Below, piece by piece: positions 30,699 to 32,660 of a stretch of 32,660 nucleotides of DNA. The notes beneath the pieces were generated by a model. That model had not been told where the DNA came from, made no database searches, and was given only the letters and a program-made list of their open reading frames with translations. This DNA comes from an uncultured cyanobacterium (GTDB lineage Bacteria; Cyanobacteriota; Cyanobacteriia; Cyanobacteriales; Microcystaceae), in the NCBI GenBank assembly GCA_963807635.1, contig CAWEDJ010000063.1:1-32660 (forward strand). Reading direction: 5' to 3'. Position numbers and translations under genes: made by a program. The stretch's first letter is position 1; each line of letters begins with the position of its first letter.

Positions 30699-31427
30699 AT
30701 GATCAAAATCGATAATGTCTCCAAATGGTACGGAACTTTTCAGGTACTCAAGGATTGCACAACTGAAGTAAAGGTCGGTGAAGTCGTGGTAATTTGTGGG
30801 CCATCAGGTTCAGGAAAATCGACTTTAATTAAGTGTATTAATGGTTTAGAAATGTTCCAGAAAGGTGATATTTTTGTTGAGAATATTTCTGTCAGTAAAT
30901 TAAAAGCCAATCTTCCCAAGTTGCGATCGCGTGTCGGGATGGTCTTCCAACATTTTGAACTATTTCCCCATTTATCGGTAATTGATAATCTCACGATTGG
31001 GCCGATTAAGATTCTCAAACGTTCTAAACAAGAAGCCAAAGAACAGGGAATGCGTTTATTAAACCGTGTGGGACTAGAATCCCAAGCAGATAAATTTCCA
31101 GGACAACTTTCTGGCGGTCAACAACAACGGGTGGCGATCGTTCGAGCTTTGGCCATGAATCCCATTGTCATGCTCTTTGATGAACCGACTTCTGCCCTCG
31201 ATCCTGAAATGGTCAGCGAAGTTTTGGATGTTATGGTGGAATTAGCCGAAGAAGGAACCACGATGATGGTTGTTACCCATGAAATGGGATTTGCTCGCAA
31301 AGTCGCCCACCGTGTCATTTTTATGGATCAGGGATCAATTGTGGAAGATAGCCCAAAAGAAGATTTTTTTAATAGTCCGCGATCGCCTAGAGCGCAACAA
31401 TTTTTATCGAAGATTTTGTATTCTTGA
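30699..31427 (+). CDS. gltL: Polar amino-acid ABC transporter ATP-binding subunit, GltL-like (orphan)
   Basis: [65 protein letters not shown]; closely recalls E. coli GltL. Confidence 0.8.
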   Translation: MIKIDNVSKWYGTFQVLKDCTTEVKVGEVVVICGPSGSGKSTLIKCINGLEMFQKGDIFVENISVSKLKANLPKLRSRVGMVFQHFELFPHLSVIDNLTIGPIKILKRSKQEAKEQGMRLLNRVGLESQADKFPGQLSGGQQQRVAIVRALAMNPIVMLFDEPTSALDPEMVSEVLDVMVELAEEGTTMMVVTHEMGFARKVAHRVIFMDQGSIVEDSPKEDFFNSPRSPRAQQFLSKILYS

Positions 31428-31487
31428 ATCTTCTGTGAGTCAGTGGCGATCGCAGGGGAAAATACATTACAAAAAACGGTGATCGCC

Positions 31488-31718
31488 TTAAGATTTTACC
31501 AACAAAGCTTCTTCTACATTTTGAGGTAATTCAACGGCATAAAAAAGTTGCGCTGAAAAAGCATAATCTTCTCCGCTTTCATCAATAACACCAATCAATC
31601 CATTTTTTTGAGCTTCTTCGTCATCAATTAGACGATATAATTTACCGAATTCTAGAGAAGCTTCATAGCCTTGATTATTAAGGCAGATTACAAATTTGGC
31701 TTGTAATTTTTGAGTCAT
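31488..31718 (-). CDS. Conserved small protein (VIDESGEDY motif), putative immunity/antitoxin
   Basis: FVICLNNQGYEASLE...VIDESGEDY; starts 2 bp after the stop of the upstream remnant. Confidence 0.65.
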   Translation of the reverse strand: MTQKLQAKFVICLNNQGYEASLEFGKLYRLIDDEEAQKNGLIGVIDESGEDYAFSAQLFYAVELPQNVEEALLVKS

Positions 31719-31720
31719 AA

Positions 31721-31900
31721 TTAATCTAAAAAGGGTAGTTTTAATTTGAATTCTCTCTTACCAATACCATGCGTTTCATGCTAATAAATTTCTGCTAATC
31801 GTATTGTATTATTGGGGAGTTTGACTTGGGCAATTCTTTTTAATTTTCTCCATTTTCCTTTTCCATGATATCTTTCGAGACGAGAGTGATCGCGAATACT
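31721..31900 (-). pseudogene. Remnant of small basic toxin-like gene (5'-truncated, internal TAG at 31781-31783); not in ORF track
   Basis: SIRDHSRLERYHGKGKWRKLKRIAQVKLPNNTIRLAEIY*HETHGIGKREFKLKLPFLD*. Confidence 0.65.
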
Positions 31901-32022
31901 AACAAATATTTTTACGAAAATAGCGATCGCCTCCAACAAATTGAAGCACATTTCACGATGTTAAATATCTTTGAATAGTGTGCAAATCTATGGTGATCGC
32001 TGATTAAATAAGTTTGTAGAGC

Positions 32023-32303
32023 TTACTTACGCATCCATTGAGCTAAATTTTTTAGCTTTTGATGAGTAAAATTTTTAATTTTTGGTTGACTAGCAATATA
32101 TTTTGCTAAATTCGGCTCAATTTCGTAATAAACAGAAACTAGCCATTTACCGAAAGAATTAGTTAGCAATTGGTTATCTCGAAAGTCACGGAAAACATCT
32201 AGATCAGGATGTTGGGGGGTTTCATAAACGGCTGTAGCGATAAAACAACCACTAGAGTCTGTTTTTTCAAATTCGATAGGACAAGTTTTCCTTGAACTTA
32301 TCG
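32023..32303 (-). pseudogene. 3' end of a CFI-box-CTERM domain gene, cut by IS insertion; not in ORF track
   Basis: ...DSSGCFIATAVYETPQHPDLDVFRDFRDNQLLTNSFGKWLVSVYYEIEPNLAKYI...WMRK*; no upstream start codon before the IS. Confidence 0.8.
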
Positions 32304-32660
32304 CTGTTCTATCAGAGAAGGAGAGTTATAATTAAGAAAAAGCCCTGAAAGAGGTAGGTGGTATATGGTTAAGTCACGGGTAGCGCAAGAAACAGTGAAA
32401 TTCATTGATGAATACTGTGAAGTGTATAGAGACTTATTCCCAGAAGTGAGAAGTTATAAATATTTTAAATATATCCATTTGGGATTAATATCAGAGAAAA
32501 AAAGAAAGACATTTTCAGCAATAGCGGAAGTAGCGGGGCTAGAAAATAGTCAGGGAATAGATTATTTTATAGGAAAATCAGAGTGGTCAGTAGAGGAAGT
32601 AAGAAAGAGAAGATTAAAATTAATTTTAAATGAAGTAAAAGAGGAGGAAATAATGGTAAT
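32304..32660 (+). mobile_element. IS701-family insertion sequence, left end (runs off window)
   Basis: Abrupt switch to purine-rich sequence at CTGTTCT (~32304), followed by the transposase ORF. Boundary is approximate. Confidence 0.75.
32365..32660 (+). CDS. IS701-family transposase, 3'-partial; not in ORF track
   Basis: MVKSRVAQETVKFIDEYCEVYRDLFPEVRSYKYFKYIHLGLISEKKRKTFSAIA...SEWS, typical of cyanobacterial IS701 N-termini. Confidence 0.85.
   Translation, partial: MVKSRVAQETVKFIDEYCEVYRDLFPEVRSYKYFKYIHLGLISEKKRKTFSAIAEVAGLENSQGIDYFIGKSEWSVEEVRKRRLKLILNEVKEEEIMV

Noticed and set aside
636..31482. Antisense or alternate-frame ORFs in the track (e.g. 636-824, 5524-5820, 11135-11428, 11546-11872, 20849-21199, 28985-29284, 30024-30377, 30740-31039)
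   Set aside because: They are shadows of well-supported genes and carry no recognisable motifs.

Overview
Cyanobacterial chromosome segment. The HIP1 octamer GCGATCGC occurs roughly once per kb by eye, and Tic20, NTRC, Uma2 and DUF29 genes are present. Housekeeping genes (rpsF, aroQ, dnaB, alaS, ald, msrB, recF, thiL, NTRC, an ABC exporter, a ClC-CBS-USP protein) alternate with small AT-rich accessory inserts. These inserts are an LRR-Roc-COR (Roco) gene with near-identical 69-bp LRR units and a C-terminal 2-TM module, two ABC-ATPase + TOPRIM-like cassettes, a DUF433/DUF5615 TA pair, a ComFB fusion, DUF2513, an orphan proteobacterial-type GltL, a decayed toxin/immunity-like pair, several MITE-like repeats, and an IS701 element truncating a CFI-box-CTERM gene. 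Features missing from the ORF track include a 44-aa ORF (probably AtpTheta) and an S6:S18-type leader before rpsF. Five of the seven frameshifts (possibly six) and two odd substitutions fall at GGCC, which suggests methylation-linked base-calling errors rather than true pseudogenes. All family calls are by-eye motif recognition; no searches were run.
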